A stretch of DNA of 64,000 nucleotides from Setoptus koraiensis (taxonomy: Eukaryota > Animalia > Arthropoda): positions 18,042,001 through 18,106,000 of the forward strand of contig CM106585.1 of the NCBI GenBank assembly GCA_048013815.1. The letters run 5' to 3'. A model generated the notes under the pieces. That model was not told the origin of the DNA, did not search any database, and saw nothing but the letters and a program-made list of their open reading frames with translations. Each line of letters begins with the position of its first letter. The first letter of the stretch is position 1. Shown here piece after piece: positions 25,019 through 37,900 of the stretch. Made by a program: the position numbers and the translations under genes.

Positions 25019-28000
25019 CTGTGAGCAAACGGAAAAATGCGATAAAATGATGATGCGAAAAACAGACGCCCGTCCTGTGACAGCAAGCAAAGGTTTTTGT
25101 TGTTGGACGCCACGAAAAAAAAAGAGGTAATTCCGGCTAGCTTCAATCAGCAATTTTGTTTTCCGTAATTATTGTCATTGTTATTGCTGTGCTGCCAGTG
25201 TCGCATAATCGCAACGCTGGCCCCTTCTTTCGGCCCAACATGTCGGCTCGCTGTGGCCCGGTCCAGCCCAGGCTAATCTCTCTAATTGAATCGTCCCTGC
25301 CGCCGGTGGGAGACCGCACCGATCAACCTGGTGCCAAGCGGCCCACCGACCAACCGAACGACTGACCGGCCGACCGACAAATAATAACAGTGTCCCCGCC
25401 AGCTCTGGACACATTGGCTTGACCACTCTGGCCGAGGCTCCAATTTGTTTTGTGCACCATTTTTTCCTCTAGCTGTGTTATACTGTATAATGTATCACAA
25501 TATAATACAATGCAAGATGTTGCATCGGCATAAATGTGTTATGCAAGCAGACAACTCGGACAACGACCAATCAATTATTTAGCTCAACCGTGTTTCAATC
25601 TGATTGGGTTCCGCCAATAACTCGTCCTTCCTGTTTGCAACTGTCTCAGTTTCTTGGCCTCCTCAAATGTCTCAAATGGCCTTTTCAGCCGTTTGAGCTG
25701 GATTGGGCCTTGGCGCAACCATCCACGCCGGCATTAAATTAAAATCGGGTAAGATTAAGAATATAAAAAATTAAGTTGTTTACTATAGAGCCACTTGTTA
25801 CTAGATTGCTAGTAGTTAAATTGTGAGATTCCTGAGACAACGGTCGCGGGCCCCATTCAGCCTGATTCAGCCTTGTTCGGCCGTATTCGGCCATATATCG
25901 TGTAATTGGTGGGGTAGGGCAAATCGGTCACTAAAATCAACCAAAATCGTTTCTTATGGGAGGAAATATAGCATTTTTTTGGTTTTTTTCGGTTTTTTGG
26001 GGTCTCGATACTTTTGAAATACCATATACAGTGAGTACAGGGTGCTTTGAAAATCGATGGTTTTGTTGCGTTTTCCGACAGAGAGCATAATATCAGCGCG
26101 ACTTTGTTAGGCTGACCGAAGTCAAAAAATATCACAAGTGATCATTGATCAAGTGCCCAGCAATCGACACTCGGGACTCCCAACAGGGCAGCTTTTCTTT
26201 ATAATTTGGGCTAAATTTCTACTCTTTCCCATGAAAACCACCCGTATTTCGGTCCAGTTATCCCTAGTATTCCCTAGTAATTGGATATGTGTGATTCTGG
26301 TTGCAACAACTACGCGCGCTGGCCAATGGTGTGAGGCCGCTCGACACCGGCAACGAAAGTATTAATATTTTAATGAAACTTTGCGCCGTCAAACGAGTGA
26401 TTCGTGTGAGGGCCAGCCAGTGGCACAACGAGCGGCGCCCCTACAACAGCGATCGATTGAGTGCGCTAAAACGCGGCCCGCATGATACTTTTAATAATAT
26501 ATGCGAATGTGTCAAGCGACGTTGCAGATTTGCCTGTCAGATAGAGCGCACTCGTGACAGAAGTAACAATATTTCACTTGCACACCTCGTTGGGGCCTCG
26601 CGGCACCGGAGCGACGCAGCAGTTTGCCCGGTTGGTCAGTGATTTTATTTAGTCGCGCGAATTCATTTAGCTCGTGTCGTCGTTGCAGTTTGTTGTTGTT
26701 GGCGCCGAAGTTGGCGCCGTTGTTGCCGCTGTTGCTGGCGCGGTTGCTGGCGCCGGTCAGTCGGGCCGGGGTGCCAACTGTCGGGATGGCAATGGTCGGG
26801 CCGGGCCGGGCGAGCCTGCGATTTGATTATTATTCATGTTTGACGCTCAATTTATCAATTGATGCCGGCCTAGTGTATTCACTCATGCTGGCGATGTCGG
26901 CACAAAGAGGGGCCCCCGTTTGCCTGCATCATTATATCGGCTGGATATTGTGTAACCGGTTGTACAACTGGATATACGATATGCATGCGTGTGTAACAGA
27001 GCATGTAGGGCGCGGGGCCCCGGCAGCGAGGGTTCGACAACGTCGCGAGCGCTGGCTCGAAGCGAGCGAGCGGGATGCAGCTCAAATGAAATGAGAAAAG
27101 TTCTTATTTCGCCCCGACCAACTTGGCCGACAGGGCGCCGAGCTCGCCAAAATGGGGCCCGGCGCAGCAAGTGATGGCGTTAAAAGCTTGCCAAAAAGCT
27201 GCCCAATGAGCTTAACATTTACAGTGCTAGCGCGCGATCATTATTCAACTTAAATAGTTTAAGCGCACCTAGCGAGCTTGGCAAAAACGCAACGAAAAAC
27301 TATTTGCCTGTCAATTGCCAGCCAGATAAAATAAATAAATCCTGCGCTGAGGATCCGTCGTTTCGCTGCTGTAATGGCCAGATCAGTTAAATCGTTGCCA
27401 GTGGCGCCGTCTTACCGTACATATCCGCACATGGGCACATCCGCACAACTTGCGCGGCACAAGTGTTCGAGCCGGCAGAGTTTAAGTTTATGCGAACGCT
27501 CGTCAGGTGTACAGATTACGTGCGTTGCGCCGACAAGAACGGGCCGATCGGCCCACGCGAATAATGGGCCCCAGTTAAATAATATTTCCTTTTTGCCGCC
27601 ACTGCGCTCACCGGGCTCCGGCTGCCAGCCGACCTCTGGCTGCCAGCCGGCGGGACCCGTCGGATGGGGCCCCAGCGCGCCAACTTGCGCACTGACAATT
27701 GTGACTGCAGCGCCGATCAACGGCGAGCCAGCGAGCGGCACAGATAGACAATAACAACACACACGCACACACACACAAGTTGACTCGCGCCTAGGCACCG
27801 CCAATAATAATAATGATATAATAATGGGACCCCTAATAATCATGAGCATGCACGCTGGCTGCCCGGCATACAGATTGGCAGCGCGCGATAAAAATGCGCG
27901 CGATGAGCACGCCGGCCCGATTAGCCAAAGGAAAGCTGGGGCCGGGGCCGGGATCCGGGCCGCGGCTTTCACTCGCATTTCAGGCCGTTTTTCATCTCGC

Positions 28001-31000
28001 TGTTGTTGCGGCCCAACTTGTGCGCTCACATGCCGCTCGCATCTATCAGACGCATCTATAAGTGTGGAGAGCGGGCCCCATTATGTTGTTGCGCTCGCTG
28101 GTGTGTGCGTTGTAGTCAAAAATAGGCGATGGCGGCACATTAGTAATTTGCAGCAGCTTCGAAGCGAACCATTACACACACGAGCGGGGGCCCGCCAAGG
28201 TCAGCCTGTGGCTGCGCGTTTATCCGCTCCTCCGGCGCCCTCTGGCTGGCGGCTGGCGCCAGTTGCCAGTTGCGCCAGCGTTGGCTTTATCGGGCTCGAT
28301 CGATCGCCGGCCCACTCAAATCGAGTCGGTGGGCTGGCGGCGCCCAGTTTATCGGCTAGCAGCGAGCCGCGTCGCGTCGAATCGAATCAGAGCCGAGCAA
28401 ATCAAATCAACACATTGGCTCACGCGAGCCACGCCGAACCGATTGCGGCGCCCGCAATTGCCCTCGCCCGACGCGTCGCCGCGGCCCGTCCGACGCGATC
28501 CGATCTGATTTGATTCGATTCGATTCAATTCGATTTCGCCCCCACCGGCTCGCCGCGCCACACTGCGCGCGCCACAGCAACACACAATATAGACACACAG
28601 TGACGAGGCCCAGTGATGGGGCCCATTGATGGAGAGGCGCCTCGCTGGGGTAAATCACATGAGCCGTGCTGGTGATTGCCAGCGCCGAGCTGGCCAATCG
28701 ATCTAGATGGAAGTGGGCGCAACAGCGGCGCCGAGTATAAAGTTTCCTCGCCTGACTTTGGCGCCCCGCTTGCCGCTCGCACTGGCCCGGTTTGTCCGGC
28801 CGGCCGAGTGGGCAGCGCCGAGATGCCAAGAGGCCGAGATGCCAAGAGGCCGAGACGCCAAGACGCCAAATCGCCAAATCGCCAAGACGCCGAGCGCCGA
28901 GACGACGAGGCGAAAACGACGAGACGAAAACGACGAGACGAAAACGAGTCGAAAAGGCAGCAGCGCGGCCATCAATTGAGTGCGTTTGATCGAACGGGCC
29001 AAACCGGCCGACATGACGCTTGGCTGAGCCCTAACTCGCCAACTCTGGGGCCCACTCTTTCCACATATATCCATATATATTCGTATATATATTCGTATAT
29101 ATATTCGTATATATCCGCATGTATCCGCGTATATCCGCGCAAAGCGTTACATGTGTGCGCGCTTGTGTCTCGGCGCGCACTCCAACGGCAGTCGCACTCA
29201 AACTGGCGCGGCCCCGAGCCCCGTGGCCGCAAACGAGTGCGGCGCCCACTGTGCCCTCGTATCTCGTCGTGCCGCGTCGGGGCTCCTCGTGCCGCGTCGA
29301 GGCTCGAGCCGCGCGTGTGTGTGCTCGACTGAAACCAACCAAAACTAAACTAAATATCTCTCTATCCATCTGTATAAATATATCATTCGAGGGGGGGTTG
29401 TGCGCGCATCCATCACCTGGTGGCCGGCCCCATCGGCGCCGATTCGACTCATTTGGCTGGCATTGTTGGTGGGTATTGTTTGCTGGCTTTGTTGGCGAGG
29501 GGCCCCCATTTCGGCGGCCGGCTCAGTGTTACTGAGTCAGTAGGCTGAAACGGGCCCACTCACTGAACTCACTGGGCTGTTTGGCATTGGATTTAGCGGC
29601 GCATTGCCAGAGAATATGCATTTTTTGTTGGCGCCGCGCTCAAAACAAAAGCGCCCCACTGAACGGGGCCGGCGCCGATCTAGGTACCGAGGGGGCGACT
29701 TGCGTCACTTGATGCTGGCTTTTGTCTATTTCAAGCTTCATTGAGCTCCACTGACGTAGATAATATGTCTGGCCGCCGGTCAGCTGCACGCCAGCCACTC
29801 GTTTCGGTGCTCTTTGGCCCGTGGCTGGGCTAGCTCGGCGGCTGGCCGGCAAAACTGGCCACTGGCGGCGCCTCATTCATGGGCGCGCGAGTCAGAGTCA
29901 GCCAGTTTCAGTTGGATTCAGCGGATATATTGTTGGCCGGCACAGTGTGCCAAGGATGCGTGGCCAATGATATATAGCTGACTGATTCAGCGCAGCTATA
30001 TTGAGCAGGCCAGATATTGTGTTGTGCTGGCTCGAGCTGCACGGGCCCCACGGACCAGCTATGGGGGCGCCACAAGCGAGTGACGAGGGGCGACTTTGCA
30101 CAAACTTTGCAGTGCAAACTTTGGACTTTGGCTTTGCGACGAGGCTGCCACAAAGATGCCAAGACGATGCGCGCAGGCCGGCCATCACTCATGGCGGCCG
30201 CCGTTTCATTATGTGCGCCTAGATAAAGAAAACCAATAGCAGCGCGTGCAGCAGTCGGGCCCCACAAAACAACAGCCAGCGCCACTTGTGTGCGACTTGT
30301 TTGCCAATTTGCAGTTACGCAATATCACTTGTTTGTTGCGCCAAATCGCCAGTGCAAGTGAACTATCTGACAGTAGCCAGGACATGGGGCTGGCCGGCTC
30401 GCCACAATTACAAACAAACCTCGGCTTGCTCGGATATAGGGCTCGCGCGGGGCCCCTGCGAAAGGCCGCATGCGAGCCGCTCGAGGGGCGCCTTGGCGGG
30501 CCGCCCGCGGTGCTGGCGCAATTGTTTTGGGCCGGCGTGTTTGTCGGTGTGAATGTCGGCCCGCGATTGTGGCCAGTTGTTTGTATTTGCGGCTGGGTGG
30601 CGGCAGCATTTGCACAGTGGCCGGCGAGCAGTGTCGCAATGCTGCCGCAAACTCGAGTGGCGAGGGCCCAGCCGGACTCTGTGCACGCTGGCCGGCCGAC
30701 GGGCCGCGAGAGGGGGCCACTTGTAAAAATGGTGCACGGGCTGGCATTGGGCGAGAGATGGCGCGAATTGACACTTGTGGGCCCCACGTCTGGCGTGCAC
30801 AGAGCGCTGCCACTGCTCGCTTGCCACTGGCTCGGCCGGCCGGGCAAACGGGCGAGCGGGCCAACGGCGAGCGGGCCAACGGGCTCGGCGCGAGCATAAT
30901 TTTATAGGTCCCGTTTGAGCCGCTGGTAAGTGATTACTGCGAGCGAGTTACCAGTGGCAAGTGCGACTAACAACTACTAACGACAGACAAGAATAGCCAG

Positions 31001-31809
31001 CCAGAAACAAGTGCCAATAATAGAATGGCCATTGCAACTGGGGCCCGGCCGTCTCAACGGACAATCGGCGCCGACCAATGGAAACATTTTAGTATCAAAA
31101 CAAAGGCTCGCCGAGGGGCCACCAAAACAATCGCCGCCGGACCAGAAAGAATAGCCCATCTGAAACTATCTCATGTGCGTCTGTGTCCGTGTGTCCGTGT
31201 GTCCGTGTGTCCGTTTGTCCAATTGTGTGCCAGTGGTCTCACGATGGCTGCCACTTGTGTGCCGGACTCATCGCTGTGGGCCCCCGCTCGGTAAGCCGCT
31301 CGCTTCGCAAATTACATCATTGTACCAATGGCCCAAGGCGCCAACCAAACCAACCGAGCCTGGCAGCGACTTACTTACTGGGCCATATACGCGCCATGTA
31401 CCAACGACTTACATACGAGTTACATTGGTGCAGTGGCCGCTAGTTGTCGCCACCACAATTCCCAGTCGGCGGCCGGGTCCCGATCGGGGGCCCCACTGTT
31501 TTATGCTCGCATTTTACACTCAAACACAACAACTGTCTGTGCGGGTGTCTGTGGCCAGTGGCGCAAATAATGGCCGGTTTGTCCGACACGGTGCAACAAT
31601 GACCGAATGACCGCATTGGCGCGCAAATACAAGTCGCCAGTGTGTGCACTGAATAAACTGAATGCTCGGCCAGCTCTTTATGTGGTCTACCGGTCACTCT
31701 GGCCAGACTCTGGCCGGCAACTTGAATTGTCGCCCACGCCGACAAAAACTCCGGCCAGCCGTCGGCCAACGGCTAACGGACTGAGCGGTTGTCGGTGCGC
31801 GGTCAGTCC

Positions 31810-31909
31810 GTTAGTTGTGTTAGTTGCGTTAGTTGCGTTAGTTGCGTTAGTTGCGTTAGTTGCGTTAGTTGCGTTAGTTGCGTCAGTTGCGTCGGTTGCG
31901 TTAGTTGTG
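31810..31909. repeat. 9-bp tandem repeat (GTTAGTTGC)n, about 11 copies
   Basis: Direct reading of the tandem array. Confidence 0.95.
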
Positions 31910-34900
31910 TGGCCAAAGTAACGGTGCGCCGACTGTGCCGGACAGAGCGCAAACAGTTGACAATTGACCGCCGGACAAAACCACTTACTGACGAGTCTTA
32001 TTTTGGCGGCCTGATTGAGTTGGCAGTTCGCAGTTGGCAGCCCGAGCGCTGCAAATTGGACGCGGCCCGACGGAGCCGAGCGGAACCCAGCGGAACCGAG
32101 CGGCCCCGTCGATGCACGGCCATCGACGAGCCACAGACGGGCCAAGCGAACGGGGCAAACTCAATTCAATTGCGTTTTTCGTTATTCAATTCAATTGAAC
32201 TCAATGAATAGATTTGGCACGCCACCGACAACAGGGGCCCCAACTCAAAAAGGAGCCTCAACTTAAATTCGCCGTAATGCGCCCATCCAGTTGCAGTGTC
32301 ATGATACAGGCGCCTCGTAGCGCGCGCGTTGTATCATGGCCACGGGTTTGTTGGCGTCGTTTTTCCGGGCTAAACACACTTAAAAGCAGCTAGATAATCA
32401 GCCTGACCAGCGAGCGGCGCCAATTCAAATTCGCCCATTGTCGCTTGTTGGTCTGGATAGCTTGTTGTTGTCGTTGTCGTCGCTGCTGCCAGCGTTGCGC
32501 GCCAGCCACTCGGCGATCGTCACAGCGGTACTATGATAACCGCGACTTGTTACCAGCGAGTCGTTGTTTAGTTCGTTGGCGGCACTGGCGGCGGTCAGTC
32601 GAGGCAAGTCGAATTTGCAATTTATTTAATAGAATCGCACACTGAATAGTTTAGTCGATAGGTGGCGTTATCTGAGCGGCCATCAGTTTGGCCACTGGCC
32701 AAACTGATTCACTGCTGCTTCACTGGTGGCGCTGGAAACCAAGCTCACCAGTGACCGGTGACGCCGGAAAATAATAAAAATAATACAATGCACCCGCTAC
32801 GCACGACAAGCAGCGGCACACAATCTCGCCAGCGAACGGGGGCCAAGGAGCTAGAGAGACAGCGAGCGAGAGAGAGAGAGAGAGAGAGAGAGAGGTGACA
32901 CCGACTGTCTGGCCACCGCTTGACGGCTATGATAGATCAGTCGGTTTTGTGGGCGCCTTGGGACGCGTGTGTAAACATTAGGGGCGCACGTAGCTGCACG
33001 TTGATGCATGCCAGCTAGGCACGGGATGGCATGCAGTGGCACTTGTGCGCGGGCACATTTGGCACAGTCGCTAGGTACTGGCAGTGGCTGGGCGCTGGTG
33101 CGCGCGCGAACGGGCACGGCGCATAGCGCCGTTCGCGACTTGCTGCAAGTCGCCAACGGCGCCACCAAAACGCCACTAGTGATACTAATGCAATCAATGG
33201 CGTTCGTTTGTTCGCGATTTGTTCTCATTAAATCAATCATTAAGTGTACACACACACACACACACACACATTGTGTGCGCCTGTCATTTGGCAACACATA
33301 CACGCACGCACAATATCGCCAATTGCGAGCGCACTTGCTTCACCAGCTTGACCGCTGCTGCCACCTAGAGAGCGCCGGCTAGCTGTCAATGGGGCCCATT
33401 TGCACTTGGCCACGTCCATCACCGATGGTGCGTGGTGTTTTTGTTGTTTGATTGTGGCCCGCCAGTGGCACTGCGATCGCCAGTCGGCGATAGCCAGTCG
33501 GCGATAGCCAATCGGCAATCAACTGACTCGTCTCGCCAGGCGCGCGAGGTGTCTCTTTGGGCCGCACATCCGCATTCGGCCGGCCGGCGGCCCGATGGCC
33601 GCTCGGGCCGAGTGCAATTCAATCGAAGTGGCTCGCGTCGCGGCGGCCGCCGCCGCCGCCGCAGAAGCCGGCCGGCCGCAACGGGAGCGCTAATGCAGCT
33701 GCGATGAATAGAGCCGGCCAAGGGCGACCGGCGACATGATTGCGAGTGGACACGGCTCGTTGACGCGCCACTTGTTTCACCATTAGCTCGATGAATAGAT
33801 GGGCGCCATCAGCCGATGCAAGCCACGGCCGATGACTAATCGAGAATGGCAAGCTGTTGTCGCCGTTGTCACCGTGAGCCGCCATGCCAACAACCAGTGT
33901 TAGTGTGTATACTTACATAATAATCCAACGAGCGGCCAACGTTGCTTGCGCACACGGGCCCGCGCCCGGCACTTGGCAACGGCCGCTGGTCAGTTAGTGC
34001 CGGTCAGCAGTCTAATTTATCTGACTCACGGAAGTGCGCCAACTGGCACTTGTGTCGGCAGCGGCCGACCGCTGTCGGACGCACCAATACCGAGTGGCGG
34101 CCACGCCGATGGCGCCCAATCGGCGGCCAGCACCGAGTAATAAACAAGCTGGCACGGCGGCTATAAACAGGGCGACCCGTGACGCCGCTTGTTGGCGGTT
34201 CACCCCAGGTGGCGCAGCAGCAGCACGCGACATTATTCAACGTCGCGTTATTACGTAACGCGCGTGCAGCGTGTATTTGGCAGAGTGGCAGCGCGTTGAT
34301 GGTGGCCACCACCAACGAGGCGAGGCTTACATCGATTTACATGATGACACATTACATAACATGCCAGACACACTTCCATGCGGACGCGCGGTTGGCGCGG
34401 AAATGTTACATGTCTGGCGTAGCACAATGGCGGCCGCATAATGGGTCGCCCGTGCCGGGCAGCACGGTGCACGGGCGACCTTCGGGCGCGCTCGACAGCC
34501 GATCGCATGATATAGCGACCGGCTGACCAGTTGACAAGTGCGCTTCCGAATTCGGCCACTCGCTCCATTGGTGCCGGCGACAACAATGCCGGCCATCTAT
34601 ATACGGTATCGACATGGCCGGCCCGCTCACCGGGCCGGCCGGTCGCTCGGCCAGACATCGATGGTTGCGTCGGTCGGGCGCCGCTGCACAGCGAATGTGG
34701 CGCCCCCATTCAATTAGCGCTGGCCATTTGCACAACAACATGTTGGCGGACAACATGTGACGCACCGCGCCGCGCACACAATGGCGGACACTAAAATCTG
34801 GGTCAAAAGCAACACAATGACTCACTGCCGGCCAACAATCAAAACAATGCCCACGCCACCGACAATGGACGTGTCCGCAACCTATTACGTATTGCGCATT

Positions 34901-37900
34901 ACGTATTGCGTATTACGTAACGTGCGTGCCCGCTTCGGCGAGATATTGCGGCCGACGCGCCGGAGATGGGCGCTCACACTGCGAGCTTCGGCGCCCCGGC
35001 GGCCCTTCGGGGGGCGGACCGTCGAGCAGTCGGGCGCTCGACGGTCCGGCGCTCGGGCGCTCGACGGTCCAGTGTTTGCGCGGTCGAGCGGCGTTGCGCG
35101 GCGCCCACTGAAGTGGAGTGGAGTGGACAGCGCGGCCGGCCGGCTGGCTGGCGTGCTTCTTGGGGCGCAAGATATTAATATTTTATAAATAGACCAACAG
35201 AGCCCGGCTTCGCATTTCGGGGCCCGCTCGCGGCGCGATCCGATGTGCGTCGTGCGAGTGGCGGCGCGTTACGTGCTCGCACAGTCCGCCGCAACGGTCA
35301 TTGTGAACGGGACGCTCCTTTGTTGTTCGGGGTGGTCGGTGTGCGCCGGGCCCGACGGCAACAATCGCCCGCCGCCGGACCGGCGAGCCAGCGCCAAGCT
35401 CGCGAGGGCGGCCGGCAAAATAATGAACAATAACTGCCACGCGGTCCCGCGACACAAAGCGCGCGACACCGACCGCGCGACATCGACCGCGCGACGCAAA
35501 AGGCCCGACACCGAACGCCGCGCCACACGGGCATACGTGACAATGCAACGCGGCACATTCGTCGCAGATATGGCCGCACAATCCGAGCGGCGGCGCCGGC
35601 CAGCGTTCGCGGAACACTGTTCCGGCCGGGCCGGCGACTCTCCTCAGGAGATTCGCCTGAATTGGGCCGAATTTCGCGCAAATAGCTGCCAGACAACACC
35701 GTTCGGGAACCGTTCCATCCGGCAGCGTTGGCAAACGTGCGCGCGAAAAGAAAGCGCGCGCTTGCCAAAACCGGCGACGTCGCCGGCATGTTGCCAAAAG
35801 GGCGGCGCTTTTGTCGAGCTTGCCGGTGACTGAACTGTTTGCGAAAGCGCGGCCGTCTTCGGGCGTCCTTTGCGGTCGCATTTTTGCCCGAAATTTCGGC
35901 CCGACCGAACAAGATGCCATCGAGCCCGCAGTTGCAGTTTGTGTGTTCATTATTTTGGCGGCCGCCCTCGCCCGAGCGCCCAATGGCCCTGGCGAGCTCG
36001 GCGCTGGCTCGCCGGCCCGGCGGTTGTGCGTTGAGCAGCGTTGTGTGTGTTGTGAAGCGGCCCGCAGCGAACCCGCAACCTGGCGACGGGGGCCAAACTG
36101 GCGACAGGGTTGCGACTGGCAGTGGCTGGCAGCGAGCGGCGGGCGTTCATTGGCACGAAATTGATTGAAGGCGATAAAGTTTCGTCGGCGCGAATCTTGG
36201 CGCCGCCGCTCACCTACGGGAGTGAAATTTCAATTGAGGGGCCAGGCTAAAGGTTATTAAATGACAAATGGGCGACGCCGGTGCAACTATCACTAGGCAA
36301 CAGTGACAAGGCGACTCTCGACAATAATAATAATAATTCCGCGCGCGCGGCGCATGATGTGCGGCCATTATTGCAGCATCACACACAATTGTAAAACACA
36401 TTTGGGGCGTCGGGGGCGCCCACAGCAAGCCGCGACAAGTGAGTGCGCGGGGCGGATAGTTGGAAATTTAGAGAGCACTAATGTCGTGCGCGCGAGCTCA
36501 CTCGAGCAGCAAGTGGCGCGGCCAGGTGAGTTGGGGGGGAGGGGGGCGCCGCTCGGATAGGCGCACTCTCGCCCGGCCGCCAGCCCGCAGCAATGGCGAG
36601 GGAGAGTGTAAGAGAAATGGGCAAATGGGGAAACGGAGAAACAGGGCCAATGGAAAAGCGATGGAGCAATGCGTCAATAGAGGGCCACGGATTGTGTGGC
36701 ACGGAGGCCGCCACACCGGGCTCTAAAGATGGAAATGGGGTGCGCGCGAAGCCGCAAATACTTAGGCGCGTGGCGCTTACGCAGCGTTTACGCAACCAAC
36801 AAACAAAATCTATTTTTAGCAACACATCGCCATCACGATGGCGGCTCGTCAGCGCAAGCTTGCCGCGCGCCGCTCTAATTTTGCGCTTGCCAACAACAGC
36901 GACACGAGCGAGCTCGGCGACGGTCTAGCCAGCGCGTGTTGTGGTGCCAACTGTTCTGGTGCGGCTCGTGCGGCGCACTTGCCAGCCATAAAGCTCGCGG
37001 CCGAGATACAGCAAGCAGCGCCCTTTATCCCTGACCCCGATTCCTGGCACTTTGGCGCTGTGGTGCGGCCGCTGTTGTTGGCGCTGTTGTTGTTGGCGCT
37101 GTTGTGGCGCTGTTGTGGCGCTGTTGTGGCGCTGTTGTTGCTGCTGTTGGCGCTGTTGTTGTTGCAGGGTTGTACCAGCAACCACGACAACAGCAACGGT
37201 GCAAGAGACACGATACTGGCACACGCACAAACAGTTGTCAAGTTGATCGAGAGAAACGACGCACAGCGCCCTGATGCAATGGGCCCAAAAATGAAGATGG
37301 AGTATCGCACAATGTTGCCAGTGGCGCCACAACAACAACAACAACGACAACAACGACAACAACAACAACGACAACAACAACGCAACGACGACAACAACAA
37401 CAACGCGACATTGACAACAACGACGGCCGACAAACAATAAACAACAGTCAACTGCTCCCACTGGCGCCACCAGTCACTTTGCCAGCTGACCAACAACCAG
37501 TGGCTGGCAGTTGGCAAAAAAGAAGACAATTGACAATTGGTGCTGGTCGCACACGATTGCCGCGATACGCCCCCGGTCGCACAATCGCGCAATGTTTGTC
37601 CTTGTCCGCTGACATTGCCAGCCACCGCCGCTCGCCGGCCCGGCCGCGGGCAGCTGGCGAGCCGGTCGCCGATCCGGCTCTGTGCCGATGTCGCGCCGTG
37701 CCACCATGCCGTGCGTCTCCGTGCGCCAGTGTCTCAATGTGCCAATGTCAGGCCGGCCGACCGACAGCGCGAGACGGCACGAGGCCGCCTCCATTAGCGC
37801 ACGGGCGACACATAAACGGCGGCAGCGGTGCCGAAATCAATGAAATAAACGATAACATGATTAGGAACCAATGGTGAGCCAGAGAGCGTGGGGCCCGCTG

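Noticed and set aside
31810-31909. TTAG-containing array as an interstitial telomere repeat
   Set aside because: The unit is GTTAGTTGC, not TTAGG or TTAGGG.
36838-37440. 200-aa ORF with a hydrophobic stretch and polyQ
   Set aside because: Both segments come from (ctgttg)/(caa) simple repeats, many frames are open at once, and no family motif is present.
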